A stretch of 64,000 bases of DNA from Octopus vulgaris (taxonomy: Eukaryota). The stretch lies in the NCBI GenBank assembly GCA_951406725.2, contig OX597820.1:51212001-51276000 (forward strand), written 5' to 3'. Of the stretch, positions 39,111 to 54,404 are shown piece after piece (the stretch's first letter is position 1; every line of letters begins with the position of its first letter). A program made the position numbers and the translations under genes. A model generated the notes under the pieces. That model worked only from the letters and a program-made list of their open reading frames with translations. It was not told where the DNA came from and searched no databases.

Positions 39111-42100
39111 CTAATTGTAGTCTGGAACTAACATTTGTGTAGTAGCACCACTGTCCCAAATTGTGTGTGAATAATACGAAGAATATTAATAATAATATCA
39201 GATTTGTTATTAGTACCGGCATTCCATTACATGCCTAGACGGATGATTATGTGGTTTCCAATGTGTTATTTGTACATGTTAGACCGCCGTCGCTTTTGTC
39301 GTTTGTGGACTATTGTTTTGACAGAAGGTAATCTCATTGATATTAGTTTCGTTGTATATATATGTATAGAAGAGACATTTTGAGTAGATTTTGATCCCGT
39401 CATTGTAAACCGGTTTATTGAAGAAAAGCAGGAGTCACGTTCATTTTGATTTCTCTGAATGCAGAAAGGCTACATAGGATATAGTCTTCCTATCTAAAGA
39501 ATGTGTAGGAAATAGTCTAGATTCCAATTTTCTCCATCCGTCGAGTGCGCTCTATTTTCGTGGCGAGTTGTTGTTTTCTTCTCCTCGCTTCATCCCCTTT
39601 CGCATTATTTATCTCCAGCATGGGTGATCATCTGTGGCCTCTTTCCATCTCAGAACGTCCACATAAAGCGACTTTCGCAGATATCCTTGAGATGAAGATG
39701 AGGTCCACTTCATGCTCTTCTGCCAATGGCCAAAGCGCCAGCAGAGAGCTCCTTCAAATGCAGTCACTCTATGCATAATTGCCAATCCCATGTGGGCCTC
39801 TACAGCCACAACAGACACTGCACAACCATTTCTACGGGAGAAGATCCGTGACCTCTCCATATCGACTGATGATGGCTGCTATATAATCCTCATCACAATC
39901 CGAAATAGTTTTTCGATTTCGGAACAAATGTCATCAGAAACACGTATCAAGTTGATTATTACCATCCCTAGGAGCATAGTTTGCACCCGAAAATTCTTCT
40001 AAACTCCTCTCATCTGATATTGACATAATGTCTGAAAGTTCCGTACTCTCTACAACTTATCAACGTGAATAAAGTAGATGAGACGGTAGCAAACTTTGGG
40101 ATTGTTCCTAATTGAGGCCTTGATCAAACATCATTCCATGCTAACTTGCTCTGATGATTTGCTATATGTTCCTCTTTAATCCACTGAGACATAATTCCAA
40201 TTTTGTTTGAATGAATGTGTCAACTATCGTGTGTCTAAGATTATGCACCCACCGTTTAATATTCATTTAAAGATTGTATAATAGAACCTACATGGCTAGC
40301 TAAGTTATGGAGGTGATATATTGTTACTTACATCAGTTTGGTATCTACGTAGTCTTTGTTCCAGGTAAATTCTGAGGAAAGCAATGGTCTCATATTGTTA
40401 TTAGTATTGCTTTTGTTATGTTTTTGTTCTTGCTTCTTTTTGATGAGTGTGTTAAATGGAACGAACACCAAGAGGCTACATCGCTTGTTGCTGCTGCTGT
40501 TACATATTCTGTGTTGGTAAATGTGATGAGGTTTTGGTACCAGCATTTGGGTACCAACTTTGGAAGATATAATAAAGATGCTGCATACTTTGGGAAGTAC
40601 ACTGATGCAGCTGCTGTGTCTGCAGCTGTGTGATGCTTCTGTGAATAAGAGGAATATTTTTGCCGGGCTCTCATCTCAGCACCTTTGTATGTTATTTATA
40701 GCTCAGCCATTTATAGCTCATCCTAATCCTTGTCTCCTAATCTCCCGCAGCATTTGGAAAATTGTTAAACGAAATATATATTTATAGCAAATTATCTAGC
40801 CACTTTTAAAGGCTGCATGAATTAACTAGTGACGTCTCTGACAAATTATACTAGCGACAGCAAACTATTAGTCGGGAAAATGAGAAATAATAATCGGAAC
40901 ATTTATTGAGCCGCAAAAGACGTAGTATTCAGACAGAAATCAATAAGAATAATAAATAATAAATAGAACCGGGGAATATTACAACAAGCTTCAATACTTG
41001 ACTGCTTCATAAAATATCCATTAATATCGACGAAATAACAAGGCAGAAAATCGAAAGTAAATTGTGAGAGTACTGTAGAGTATCCGTAACTATTGAAACG
41101 CTATTGTTTGCTTGCTAGATGTAATATATTGCCAAAGCCCACAGTAATTGACGATTAGCAGACGTAGTCTGTGAAAGATCAGCAAGTGACAGATTCAGTA
41201 TCCCTTAAAATACACAGTAGAAATAGCAGGCCTATCGATTGTCAAAATGATGAAAATGTTATACGTGCTATAAAGAATTAGTTGAATAAAAGTAGAAAAC
41301 ATGAAAAAGCAAAATTTTGCATCGTTGATAAGAAGAAACGAAAACGATGGAAACGATAATAAGTTAAATTAAATGACTCTGGTCTTATTGCCAGGCCTCC
41401 CAAGTAAAGGTAGAGATAATCCTGAGAGAAATATGCTTAAAGTTAAATATATATATTTTACAGATGTATTCCAGGCAAAAGATTTTGTACTCATCATACT
41501 AAAACTGTGAATCGAATAAATAAAAAAGTTTTAAAAATAGCAATAAGAAAGCAATTTAAGTAGTGCAACGTACATAAGAAATAACCCTAGTTCGTGTTAA
41601 AAATGTAAATATGTATTAAATCAGAAAAATCCATGAGTAGCCATTTCGCATAACAGTGACCAACTAAAGGTATAAAATAAATACAGAAATTAAAATTATT
41701 AATGATTCATTGGAGTGCAAGTAGAATAGCAAGAACCCGAAGAATAACGTATCTATTCATTCTTAATACGTTCTGGTAGATTCGAATTCTAACTGGAATA
41801 AGGGATGAGTTGTTCTTGAATGATGAAAAGCAACAGCAATCAGACATTTATTTTTGTATTAAGAATGGGTACGTTTTTGTGTAAATATTAATGCTTTCTG
41901 ATTCAGACAGTAAACAAAAATATGTGAGGAGAGGTGATTAATTTATTCTATCGGCTCCAGTACTTAACTGTATTTTATATTGCTAACCCCCAACAAATGA
42001 AAAACAATATTGGACCTAGGAGGAATGGAAATGATATCGGCAGAATTATCGTGAAACATTTCTCCCTTAGTTCCAAAGAATCTGCAAATTCAGCGCTATA

Positions 42101-42651
42101 AATTTATGTAACCAATACACAAATTTAGATATCTGTACACGTGATTTTCAGGAATGTTTAGGAAGAGAAAATATTTATAAAGTTAGATTTAAGTGTGGCA
42201 AAATATGAATCCCAGACTTTTAACAGAATTAAAAATGGAAAGTATTCTTAAGCAGCATCGTACCACTACAAAAACAAGAAAACGAAACTATAGCATTTGT
42301 TTATGCACTGCTGATTCTATTTTAAATTTAATAGTTGAGTTACTTAAAAAACTTAAATTTATCAGATGCGAATATTAATATTTTCGAGATGGTCAGCATG
42401 AATACATTAAATATTCGCAATATTCTGAAAATAAAATGGTCCATCCTTCGACACGCTAACGCATGGGTCTAGTGTACTCTGTTTTTTATATGTCATGCAC
42501 AATCTAAAATCACAAACAAGAAATGCACTTATGTATATATTTTTCTCTGTCTCTCTACTTCAATCGCTTCTTACTCTGTTGTCTTTCTTTTTCTTTCTGT
42601 ATATACATACGTGCGTACAAATATGCATACACACACACACAGACATACACA

Positions 42652-42722
<71 letters not shown>

Positions 42723-43489
42723 TTAAGGACTATATATATATATGAAGAGAGTGGGTGACAGACAGACAAATAGACAGAGTTGAATGCATGTATAACTAGA
42801 AAGATATATAGACAATAAATTATCTATAGGTGTATGTGTGTATTTCGCTAAAGAAAAAAATCTAATATTCGAAATAATAAAAAATATCGCCCCCACGAAA
42901 GTATATGATAAACATGAAAGTCGGGTCAAATACTTAAAAGCTACATAAATACAAAGTAGCAAACTTTAATGTACCTCAAAGGAAAATCACCTGGATAATA
43001 GGCAAAAGCATTCGCTATAGAAAGAAAGAACTATTGAACATACCAACAAGTGATAACGTACTATTTGTTAAAACATTTTTCAGACACAGATGAAATGCTC
43101 AGAAATATAGTTGAGGAAATTCTGAGAGAGCAAGTAGCAACATACGATGGAATACCTTATGAATATTCAAGTAGAATATATTGAAGTAGTATAAGATGGA
43201 ATTAAGCAGCATATGTTAAAATAGTATTGAAAAAAAGCAGAAAAAGATTATTAAAATAAGTTAATTAAAGGTTGATTAAACTAAAGATCTTCGAAAAGTG
43301 AAGTAAGGTACTTGTGTGAATGGGTATATCGCAGCTTGGCTGCATCAAGGTTTTGAATTAATTTTCCTACTGCCTGTAGTAGAAAGCTATCAACAACATT
43401 GAACATGTACACTTAGAAATAAGCAGCAAACGATTGTGGTAATAAATATTTAAAAAATGACATATAAGATTAATAATAACCATATTACG

Positions 43490-43835
43490 ATATAGGGTGC
43501 TGAGGCTAAATTTGACAATTTTAATAAAACGGAAAGAAAACACGATATCTCTTCCAAAAATAATGGTATTTTAAAACCTCAAAAACAGTCAACATGATTC
43601 TGGCTTGGGAATAACAATTTACTTATACTGACGCCCTCAACTGCCACCATGTCTTGAAGAAAGGTCTGGCAGCAGGCGCATGCGCTTGCAGACCCTAATT
43701 TATCTTGGCCACCAGCTTGGCCTATGTATTGAAATCACAGCTGTCAGTGTCATTCTGAAGCGCGTTTCACATGGCAAACCATAGGATTAAACCCGAGGCA
43801 TAGGGAGACCAGAAAATGCAGTGGGCATTTCGGAC
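43490..43835 (-). mobile_element. Tc1/mariner-superfamily (maT-like) 3' remnant
   Basis: Minus strand FWSPYAS/FNPM resembles WPP.SPDLNP, and ACACCQTFLQDMVAVEG resembles AC..FR.RLEA.V.AEG. TATAGGGTG is TIR-like. Confidence 0.5.
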
Positions 43836-44117
43836 TTTTTCTGCACCTATTGCACGAAGGATTGAACACAGAATGTCAGAATATCAGAAGGAATGCAGCC
43901 AAGAACGTTGTCCGACGTGCTAACGATTCTGCTACAAATTTTAATGGAAACAGCAGGATGATAAACGGAGAAACATATATAATAGCGCCATCATTTATCT
44001 ATCATTTCGCTCAATCACTGGTCAACAACCGAGCGAAAAGATCATGCCGAGGAAAGGAAAGCATGGAAATATATATTGGAGAAAGAAGTAAACGGAGAAA
44101 TGAAGTAAATTAGATGT

Positions 44118-44290
44118 AGTCACGGGTGTAAATGAGAGGTAAGAAACTTACTTTCCAGACACAAGGTCCAGGTTTCAGTGTCACAGAGTAGCTCCTTGGG
44201 CAAGTGTTTTCTACAATAGCATTGAGCCGATCTACACATCGTGAGTGGATTTGGTAGACGGAAACTGAAAAAAGCCATTGTGGGGGGGGG
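44118..44290 (+). mobile_element. SINE 5' part
   Basis: GGTAAGAA.CTT.CTT...GGTTTCAGT..CAC..CTTGGGCAAGTGT.TTCTAC. Inverse of 28303-28467 and 52492-52610. Confidence 0.55.
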
Positions 44291-44391
44291 TTGCCACTAC
44301 ACATTCTTTATGTTAGATCCTTACGTTATACTAATACATCTATTTATTTTCTACACCACCTATCTTCGTATTTTGCTTTTGTGAATACTCC

Positions 44392-44725
<334 letters not shown>

Positions 44726-44729
44726 ATAT

Positions 44730-45700
44730 TGTTACGGGACCCCCGAAGTTGTTACAGAATCCCACCTGCCGTCGCTCGAACTCGAACCCGGGATCCCAAC
44801 ATGTCGAGCGACGACGATTGACCAGGCTCGATCGATCGGCGAAAGTTCGCCACGGAACTCAGAGAGGAGAGAAACAACGACAACAATAACAGCAGCAGGA
44901 AGAGACACAGAGGCAATCGGCTTACATTTAACCTACTAGTTTATAACACTTTATTACATCATCAAATACATCAAGATACATATCAGGTACATCAAAGAGG
45001 AAATACATGCAAGAAACAACACATCAAAGCATTCGGGTACAATACCAGTTCAGATTGATGCAATATACAGTCCGGAGACAACAGTTCTGTTTCAAATTAC
45101 ATTAACGTTACAGTACAGAGGATAATTAACACATATACGTTCAATGTTCATTAAATTCTTTTCAGACTACAACAGAGTCTCTCTCTTTCTTTAACAGTTC
45201 TGTAACACAATGTTCATTGAAAGACTACAACAGAGTCTTTCGCCTCTCTTCAACACATCGATTCTTTCTCCTTTTTCCCTTCTTTCTCTTTTTAGTTCAA
45301 CACATCAATTCAAAGCATAAATAAACACATACCGTACAGTTCCTACTATAATAGCTGTGCCTTCCCTCCGCCGTAATCTCTCTCAGTTCCTTAATCTTCT
45401 CTGCCTGTCTTCCTCTGTCACAGCAGAACAACCATTACTAAACTCGCTGTATCATCCCAACTGTTGCCTGTCTCTCACAAACTCCCAACTGCCGACTGCT
45501 TGCCTTGAATCCCAAATGCTGACTGCCTCTCACAAACTGAACTGCTCACTTAAGTGGGTAGCCCTCAAATGAACCTTAATTCACCTGAAAGAGTCGGGGG
45601 GGGTTCCCCAGAGCTAATTAATCAACCCGCATCTGGCAGAACAATGGATTCATTCCCAAAAGTAGGTCGCCAGCTCTGTCCTTAAGTTGAACTCACAACA
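44730..45700 (-). mobile_element. Solo LTR (~971 bp), probably Gypsy
   Basis: TGTT...AACA termini and a 4-bp ATAT duplication on both sides. A minus-strand AATAAA lies at ~44950. No coding sequence. Confidence 0.75.
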
Positions 45701-45850
<150 letters not shown>

Positions 45851-46374
45851 TATTATGTGTGTGCGTGTGTGTGTGTCCGACGTTGTGCTTGTCTCTCACC
45901 GTCGCTTAACAATCGATGGTGGTGATTTTACTTTCCGCAGTTCGGTGGATCGGCAAAAGAGACCGATACATTAAATACAAATACTTGAAGAAAGTAATAA
46001 CTGGGGATTTAGTTGACTAAAATTTTGTCATGGTTGTGCTTCAGCATGGCCACACTGTAATGAATGAAACGAGTAACAGTTAAAAGATTAAAAATGTATA
46101 TTTTGCATGCATCAAATAAATACTAAAACAATAATAATCACCCCCAAACAACTAATATTGTACATTACTCAAGCTGTCCCAATAATAAATTATCACAATT
46201 ATACGTTCAAGTAAAAGTTACGAGAATTAGTAAAGAAACTAAATTTTATTTTTAGTAATCACATTAGAAACCGACGGACAAAACGAACATGTTTTCTTTA
46301 ATTAAATAGGGAATTATGCCAACTGTATTAAAATATATAAACAAAGCCAAAGCAGAAAATAAATCGTGTGAATA

Positions 46375-46442
<68 letters not shown>

Positions 46443-46447
46443 TAATA

Positions 46448-47053
46448 ATGGCTAAGAAGGAATATATTCACAGACATGACAGAGTTGGAACCTACATACA
46501 TTGGAAGCTATGCCAACATTATGGAATAACAACAGAAACAAGATGGTATAGGCACACACCAGAAAAGGTCACAGAAAACGAGAAAGCAACCATACTCTGG
46601 GATATGCCGATACACACAGATAGAGAAATTAAGGCCTACAGACCAGATATAGTTGTCAGAGATCATGAAGAAAAAAAATGCTTTCTAATTGATGTATCAA
46701 TACCGGCTGATGACAACGTGTCTCTAAAAGAAATGGAGAAACTCTCAAAATACAAAGACCTGGAAATAGAGGTAAACAGAATGTGGAATCTAAAAACAGA
46801 AACAATTCCTATCATAGTAGATGCATTAGGCATGATAAAAAAATATTCAGACAAATACATAACAAAAACACTAGGACTTACAAACACATAACATACAGAA
46901 AATTGCACTACTAGGCACTGCACACATCCTACGCAGAACACTTTCCATACAATAACCATCAGAGCATCACAACAAATCACAGCACATACCTAAGGCACAC
47001 AGAGCTGCGCTCGGTAGTGAAGTGAAATCACGCTATAAAAATAAAACTACTGA
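46448..47053 (+). mobile_element. R4/Dong-like 3' fragment, family 1
   Basis: ORF 46439-46891 (RHD, RPDIVV..LIDVSIP). Near-identical inverse of 31215-31820. (TAA)n on both sides. Confidence 0.9.
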
Positions 47054-47094
47054 ATAATAATAATAATAATAACAATAATAATAATAATCTACGT

Positions 47095-47470
47095 TTCCAA
47101 ATAAGAAAATAACTAAGGAATAAAATGTAGAGCAACATACTCACAAGAATAATATGTTAACAACATGTTTTATTTTATACAAAAACACTAAAAATTAAAA
47201 TGGAAAAGTAAACTTAACGACAAGTCTTTGCGAAGATATTCTCACCAGGACAAAAGAGGAATGTATATATAAAACAAAATACTCTGACTTTGAAGCGGAA
47301 GTATCAAAGGTGAGATCAAAGAATATTTTATTATAGAACTTGACAAGAATATTGCCGAGAAAAAAAAATATCACATAATATATCATGCTGCAAAATACAG
47401 AAAGACACCTCAGAGTTTCTAAAGGTCGTGAAGAAGTAATCAATCATACTGGCAACCTAGTTTCAGTGAA
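47095..47470 (+). mobile_element. Ancient degraded Dong-like fragment
   Basis: SGSIKGEIKEYFIIELDKNIA resembles the family-1 SSGLKAET.. segment, and RVSKGREEVINH resembles RICGDGQETINH. Confidence 0.4.
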
Positions 47471-47554
47471 GACAGGTATATTTCCAAGTATGCAGGCATA
47501 TATGTATGAAGGTATCTACATTGGTATGTATGTATGAATGTGTATATGTATATA

Positions 47555-47865
47555 TCACCGTGATCACTGTGACCGACCAGGCTATCAGATGTTGCTACAC
47601 ATCGCTGGTCACAATGCGTTTTAGCATTGTTTTAGCCTTCAAATGACGCCACCCCGCTGGCTAAGCGGGCAGGCCAACAGAAGAGAGAGTGAGAGAAAGT
47701 TGTAGCGAAAGAGTACAGCAGAGATCGCTACCCCCCCTGCCGGAGCCTCGTGGAGCTTTAGGTGTTTTCGCTCAATAAACAATCACAACGCCCTGTTTGG
47801 GAATCGAAACCGTGATTCTATGACCGCGAATCCGCTGCCCTAACCACTGGGCAATTGCGCCTCCA

Positions 47866-47866
<1 letters not shown>
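47555..47866 (-). mobile_element. tRNA-derived SINE
   Basis: Minus-strand head GTGGAGGCGCAATTGCCCAGTGGTTAGGGCAGCGGATTCGCGGTC...GGTTTCGATTCCC. Confidence 0.75.
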
Positions 47867-47911
<45 letters not shown>

Positions 47912-47995
47912 CATATTTGCACACATATAATGTATATGCGTGTGTATGCATGTATGCACGTACTTACCTCTCTCTCTATATATATATCGATCTAT

Positions 47996-48034
<39 letters not shown>

Positions 48035-49347
48035 CTCTAAATATATATATAGAGCAGTACATAAATTTGCATGACAAAATATGACATTTAAATTTGTCAT
48101 TTTTAACATTCACTTCTTAGAATGTGAGTAAAAATATACATGTAAAGTTTATGCATGTCGTTGACATCATAGATGGTAGAATACCTGTACATTCATACCC
48201 AAACGCCCGCACAGAGGGTACAAATTTTGTGCTGAATTGCATAAACTTTTTCCGAACTCCAATGGTCAGGTGCAAATTTGACTGCTCGTAAATGCGCTTC
48301 TTCGTATTCCAACTAATTTGAATGCTCTCGACGGGCATTTTAATTTCAATGATGAATATTCTAAATCCTTTGCTCGAAGTGTGAAATTGAATGATCTGAA
48401 AATGAATATGAATGACTAACTTCATGGCGCTAATTTTCTTCGCGTCTTTAAATGACCCGATTATATAATTGAATGACAACGTACGAAAATGACTGCAAAA
48501 ATATATACTATTCTAAATTGAAACCCACGATTATATGGTTTATTAATTCTTTCTATGATAATATCATATTTATCCTCTACTATTTATTACACAGTTCATG
48601 ACAGCTTTGATGGACCAAGAACAGACGACTTAAATGATTTGAATATCTATATCTAAAAGATATCTACAAGGTCAAGATTCAAACACATAATATTCTTTAT
48701 AGGCTGAGTGTGTTTAATATTAGGTACATATATATATATATATATATATTTAACATTTGACATATTTCAGTAATTGACTGAGATCATGCTGGCGGTATGC
48801 ATTGAGCTGTTAATTGTTCCAATCGACCACAGTACATACAGTAAATACTTTATGTCAAGTACTTCTCCTATAGGCCTCTTTTGCGCAATGAAATTTTATC
48901 GGTGACATTAACGAAGCAAAATGTACTGCAAAGGAGTGAAAGGTGAACACAATCACAAAAATAAAAATGCTTGTGCATAAACACGCGTGAGCATATACGC
49001 ACACATTCACAGACACAGCCACACACAAAACCACCCAAACATACAAGCACACACACAAAAGTTAATATGTAATGCATGTTGTACGGTATATTTCGGCACA
49101 AATAATTCGTTAGGCAATAAAAGGGCCCAAATGGAAGAAATATAGCATGGGGTCACTGCTTAGGATATTGGACCTTTTCGGATTTACTATTAAGGTTATA
49201 GAACAAATAACATGAAACTTAGCACACAGGGGTAAAAATTGTAGAAAGGTTACACCCACTTTGTTGTCTGTTACTTGAAAAGAAAGTATTTCTTTTCACA
49301 CAGAAGATAGTCAATCGCCATTTCTCTTTGGATAGAGAGTACTTTGA

Positions 49348-49417
<70 letters not shown>

Positions 49418-49423
49418 TTTTTT

Positions 49424-49700
49424 GTTAATCCAAACATGAACAAAAAGAACACACTACAACGCGAGGACATGGAATGAGTATTGTTTTATTGGACGCTCAG
49501 GAAAGGAAAGAAAGAAGGATGTTTTCAAGTTTCGAGCGGTGCCCTTCGTCGGAAATATAGAAAAAAAGATAATGTCCAAAGAAAGGAAGACGGAGAACGA
49601 AAATCGCCAACGATACACACGCAGCCACATATTGAAATGACCCGAAAGGGTCTGGGTGAAGAAAACTCCATTCAATACAGGAGAGCGCAAGAGAGGGAGG
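49424..49700 (-). mobile_element. Short HHR-bearing element (family B)
   Basis: Minus strand TTTCCGACGAAGGGCACCGCTCGAAACTTGAAA. Homologous to 4137-4340 and flanked by (TA)n. Confidence 0.55.
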
Positions 49701-49808
49701 TATATGTGTGTATGTAAGGATATGTGTGTATGCGTGAGGGTGTGTGTGTGTGGATATATATATATACATATATATGTATATATATAAATATATATATATA
49801 TTAAAATA

Positions 49809-49868
<60 letters not shown>

Positions 49869-50029
49869 AATATATATATATATATATATAGTAACAATGA
49901 AGGGTGAAATTAATTAATTTGGAACAAATTACCTGTTTGTGTTTGCTTTTCAAATGCTGTGCCTTTACTGTGATCTCCCTTTTAGTAGAAGAAATAGCAG
50001 CAATTCGTTGCTAAACCCTTAATTGCTTA

Positions 50030-50080
<51 letters not shown>

Positions 50081-50535
50081 CATGTATATGTATGTATGTA
50101 TAAGTTAAACAGGAATATATAAACATGGAGATGGCGAAGGAATCAAACCACAAATAATAGTTGAATGTTAAAAAAATCTTGTTAAAACAAACCTAAAACA
50201 TTATCAGCATTTTTATTCTTTATTTAAATCATTTTTTGTCGCGTCTTTATGCATATATATATGTATGTATGTATGTTTGTATGTATGTATGTATGTATGT
50301 ATGTATGTATGTATTATGTATGTATATACATTTGCCTGAAGTAAATTGGTAAGTTATTAATATTATTATCTTTTTTTTTTTCAGGAGTTCGATTACAACA
50401 GTCTATTTTAGGCGAATAGCAACAGCGAAAACATTACAGCAGCAGAAACTAAAACAAGAATCATAATTAAGATGATGAGAAAGAAAAATGACGCTGATAA
50501 TTATAATCCAGCTGATATTACAACAATGTCTACAT

Positions 50536-50588
<53 letters not shown>

Positions 50589-50910
50589 ATTGAGACGAAC
50601 CTATGAGATTTCATTACTTGAATTCACTGATCTACGATTGTTAAGTAGATAGTTTGATTAAATTGAAAAAAAAATACAGTGACAGCTGGCAGACATCATA
50701 TACGAGACAGAAAGCTAGTAAATAATTTTCGTTTGATATCATTCACTCACTCAAAGAATGTCTGCAGTTTCCAGTTACACAGTTACCATGCTATGAAAAT
50801 AACTAATCAAATATAATGGAAATAACGATATTTTTTACAGGAAAATAAACGTCAACTCTGATTATATATATATATTTATTTATGTGTATGTATGTATGTA
50901 CGTATGTATG

Positions 50911-50980
<70 letters not shown>

Positions 50981-51600
50981 TATATATATAATGTGTATGC
51001 ATGTCGTCGACATCATGGATAGTAAGAAACATACACACTCATACCCAGACAGACAGTAAAAAGTGAAACCTAGACGTGATTGCTACAGGTGATATATATT
51101 GATGAAATAGGAGTTCTATGATAATGTCTACACAAAAAAATAAAATGAAATGAAGTCGCTAATAATATGATACTTTTGTTATTATTTCGTACGAATGTTT
51201 CTGTAAATATTTGCTGCTTAAAAACTAACGCGAGTTCACTATCAAAGACATGCGCATATACATACATATATAAATGTACGTGCCCATGTGTGTAATTAAA
51301 AGTGTGTCAATGTGAAAATACGCATATGTTTATGCGTAAACAGCTAACAAGGAGGGAAGTTATGCATGATTTTGATAGAAAGGAAATTATAGTAATTTAT
51401 TTTGCTAAGTTTCAATTTTCGAATATCTCCCGCTCTATTTAATAACTGATATATATGAAAGCATAAATGAAAACTGTGACACACTCCTAAATTCACACAT
51501 CCATATACAACTGCGCTCCGAAGAGTGTTTCTGAACCTAATGTTCTACACGCCATTATTTAAGTACTTACCTGCACTGTCTACTGCTAAATTTGCATATG

Positions 51601-51648
<48 letters not shown>

Positions 51649-51719
51649 TAATCCAAAGTACAAAAAAACGCAACAACACGGGTGGGTGTGTGTGTGTGTG
51701 TACATATATCTAGATATCG

Positions 51720-51772
<53 letters not shown>

Positions 51773-51807
<35 letters not shown>

Positions 51808-51808
51808 C

Positions 51809-51867
<59 letters not shown>

Positions 51868-51868
51868 C
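51773..51868. repeat. (GATA)n microsatellite
   Basis: Directly visible. Confidence 0.95.
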
Positions 51869-52199
51869 AAATATTCATACATACATACGTGTAGACATAT
51901 ATTTGAATATACATGCATATACGTATGTATATTAAATTACGAATTAAAAGTAGCGCTGGTAATGTGAATATCATGGCCTCCATGTATACATTGTTTAAAA
52001 CATATACGTAGACATTAAATTTAAATATGTTATATTAATTTATTGTCTGAATTCCTTATTTTAATATTATATACCTCCAAGCAGTTTTTATACAAAGTTT
52101 GTATGGGTATATACGTTATAGTGTATATTTATCTTAATGCGAAAACATGTCTCTCTCTCTTTGTCTCTCTCTCTCTTTTTTTATATATATATCATTTTT

Positions 52200-52380
52200 T
52201 CTCTTTTCTTACTATTACTTGTTTCAGTGATTTGACTGCGGCCAGGCAGGAGCACCGCCTTTAGTCGAACAAATCGACCACAGAACTTATTCGTCGTCAG
52301 CCTTTTGCCGAACCGCTAATTTACGAGGATGTAAACCCAACAGCGTCGGTTGTCAAGCGTTGTTGGGGGGACAGACACAC

Positions 52381-52472
<92 letters not shown>

Positions 52473-52610
52473 TAAATATATATATATATACGACGGGCTT
52501 CTTTCAAATTCCGTCTAAGAAATCCACTCACAAGGCTTTGGTCGGCCCGCGGCTATAGTAGAAGACACTTGCTCAATGTGCCAGGCAGTGGGACTGAGCC
52601 ATGTGGTTGT
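52200..52610 (-). mobile_element. SINE with internal (CA)n(TA)n
   Basis: Its two parts match 27726-27920 and 28303-28467. Confidence 0.6.
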
Positions 52611-53339
52611 CGTTTCATGTGTGCGTTTGCAAGCTGAATGAAGTATCTAGCGTTCATGAGACACTTTTTAGGAACGCCAGCTTCCTAATCATCTTACTCT
52701 CTATCAGCATCTACTGTTCTCTTTCTCTTTCTAATTTTTTGGTTTCTTTCTCTTTTATTTCCTTTTCTTCTTTTACTTCTTTCCCCCACCACTTCTATTC
52801 TCTGATTTTCTTTTCGTTTTCTTACTCTCACCTGTATCAACTAAATTGTATAAGCATACACTAGGATGTATTATGTGCGTGCGTGTGTGTGCATACATGT
52901 ATATGCATTTGTATATATTTAATTTTTGACTATATTTGTCTGTATATGTATGTAGGCATGTACCAACGCCTGTATGTTTAGTGTATATTTGTATATACAT
53001 ATTGTTTGGTATGTGTATGTATTGCTAAATATATATGCATTTTAGTGTAAAAGTTTTTTAAACTGATATCTATTTTAAGTTATTTAAATTTAATTTTATA
53101 ATTTATTTACCACTAATTATTTACCATGAGTATTCAGGTATTTTCCCTTCTACATAAGCTATGTTTGATTTAAGGTTTTCCTCAATTTTTATAATAGACC
53201 GTAATTGTAGTTTAATGCAGCCGGTTATTGAACAGGCTGTTAGATGAAAATTTCAATGGAACAAAATCATTTCCAAACGTGTGTCTATCAAAATAATTGT
53301 ATATTTATGCATATAACCTAATTTTGTATATTTGAAACA

Positions 53340-53648
53340 AAAGTATTCGACGAACGGGAACGTAAAACTCCGAGTAACAATTCTTGTGATATTTTTTGCT
53401 GCTTTTTGCTCCGGTATTCGAGTACAATTTTTTCTACCTTGTTTCGCATTTATGTGCTTACTCTGGTAATCGTTGGCGATGTTCTTCCTCCGTCTTCCTT
53501 TCTATTGTACCTTTCTCTGTTTCTGAAGCGGAGCGTTGCTCGAAACGTTAAACCATCATTTTTTCCTTCCCTGAGCGTCTGCTAATACATTAAATGTACC
53601 ACGTCCTCACGATGTTTTTTTTTTAGTTTGTTCTTCTTGTTTTGTATT

Positions 53649-53652
<4 letters not shown>
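53340..53652 (+). mobile_element. Short HHR-bearing element (family B) with a short inverted 5' piece
   Basis: TTT-CTGAAGCG-GAGC gtt GCTC-GAAA-CG-TT-AAA at 53520-53552. Ends in (TA)n. Confidence 0.55.
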
Positions 53653-53727
<75 letters not shown>

Positions 53728-54141
53728 CAGACAGAGATGGTGATAGAGATACATACATATATATCTGAAAAGACCTGTAGACGTACCACACGAGTAAGTA
53801 GATATTAAAGAAAAGCAAGAATGAAAATGCTACTTTCTTAAAATTGGGTGCGTTTTAATTTACGTTTGTTTTTTTTTTTTAATCTTTTCAAAATAAGTAT
53901 AAAATATGTGTAAAGTGAAGAGAGCTATTAAAAAAATTAAGTTTAAATTAAATTAAGAATAACATTCATAAGTTACTGTCCTTTCTTCTTGCATGAACAC
54001 GCGGTCCTTTCGTTCTGGAGGCATGGCAAGTTCAACTGATTGCGAAAGCAAATAACTACTATCTGTTTGTGTAAATTAAATAGTGTGATCAAGACTTGTT
54101 TTGTAGGAATGGCTGTAGCCGTCGAATAACTAGCAGTAGTA

Positions 54142-54186
<45 letters not shown>

Positions 54187-54310
54187 GTAGTAGTAGTAGT
54201 AGTAGTAGTAGTTGTTGTAGTAGTTGTGGTGAGTTGTTTCCACTGGGTTTTTTGATAGAAATCGGGTTCTTCGAACACTTGTATATATTCCTTATGAATA
54301 ATTTGCAAAT

Positions 54311-54349
<39 letters not shown>

Positions 54350-54404
54350 TATAGAGAGAGAGAGAGAGAGAAAGAGAAAGAGAGAGAGAGTCTCAGTGTT
54401 GCTA

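Noticed and set aside
39440-40130. Possible pogo/DDE transposase remnant or host exon on the minus strand
   Set aside because: There are only vague motif echoes (DCDE, VDLIFI) across broken frames. This cannot be supported without a search.
40328-40790. Possible LINE fragment or exon
   Set aside because: No diagnostic motif or consistent splice/ORF structure.
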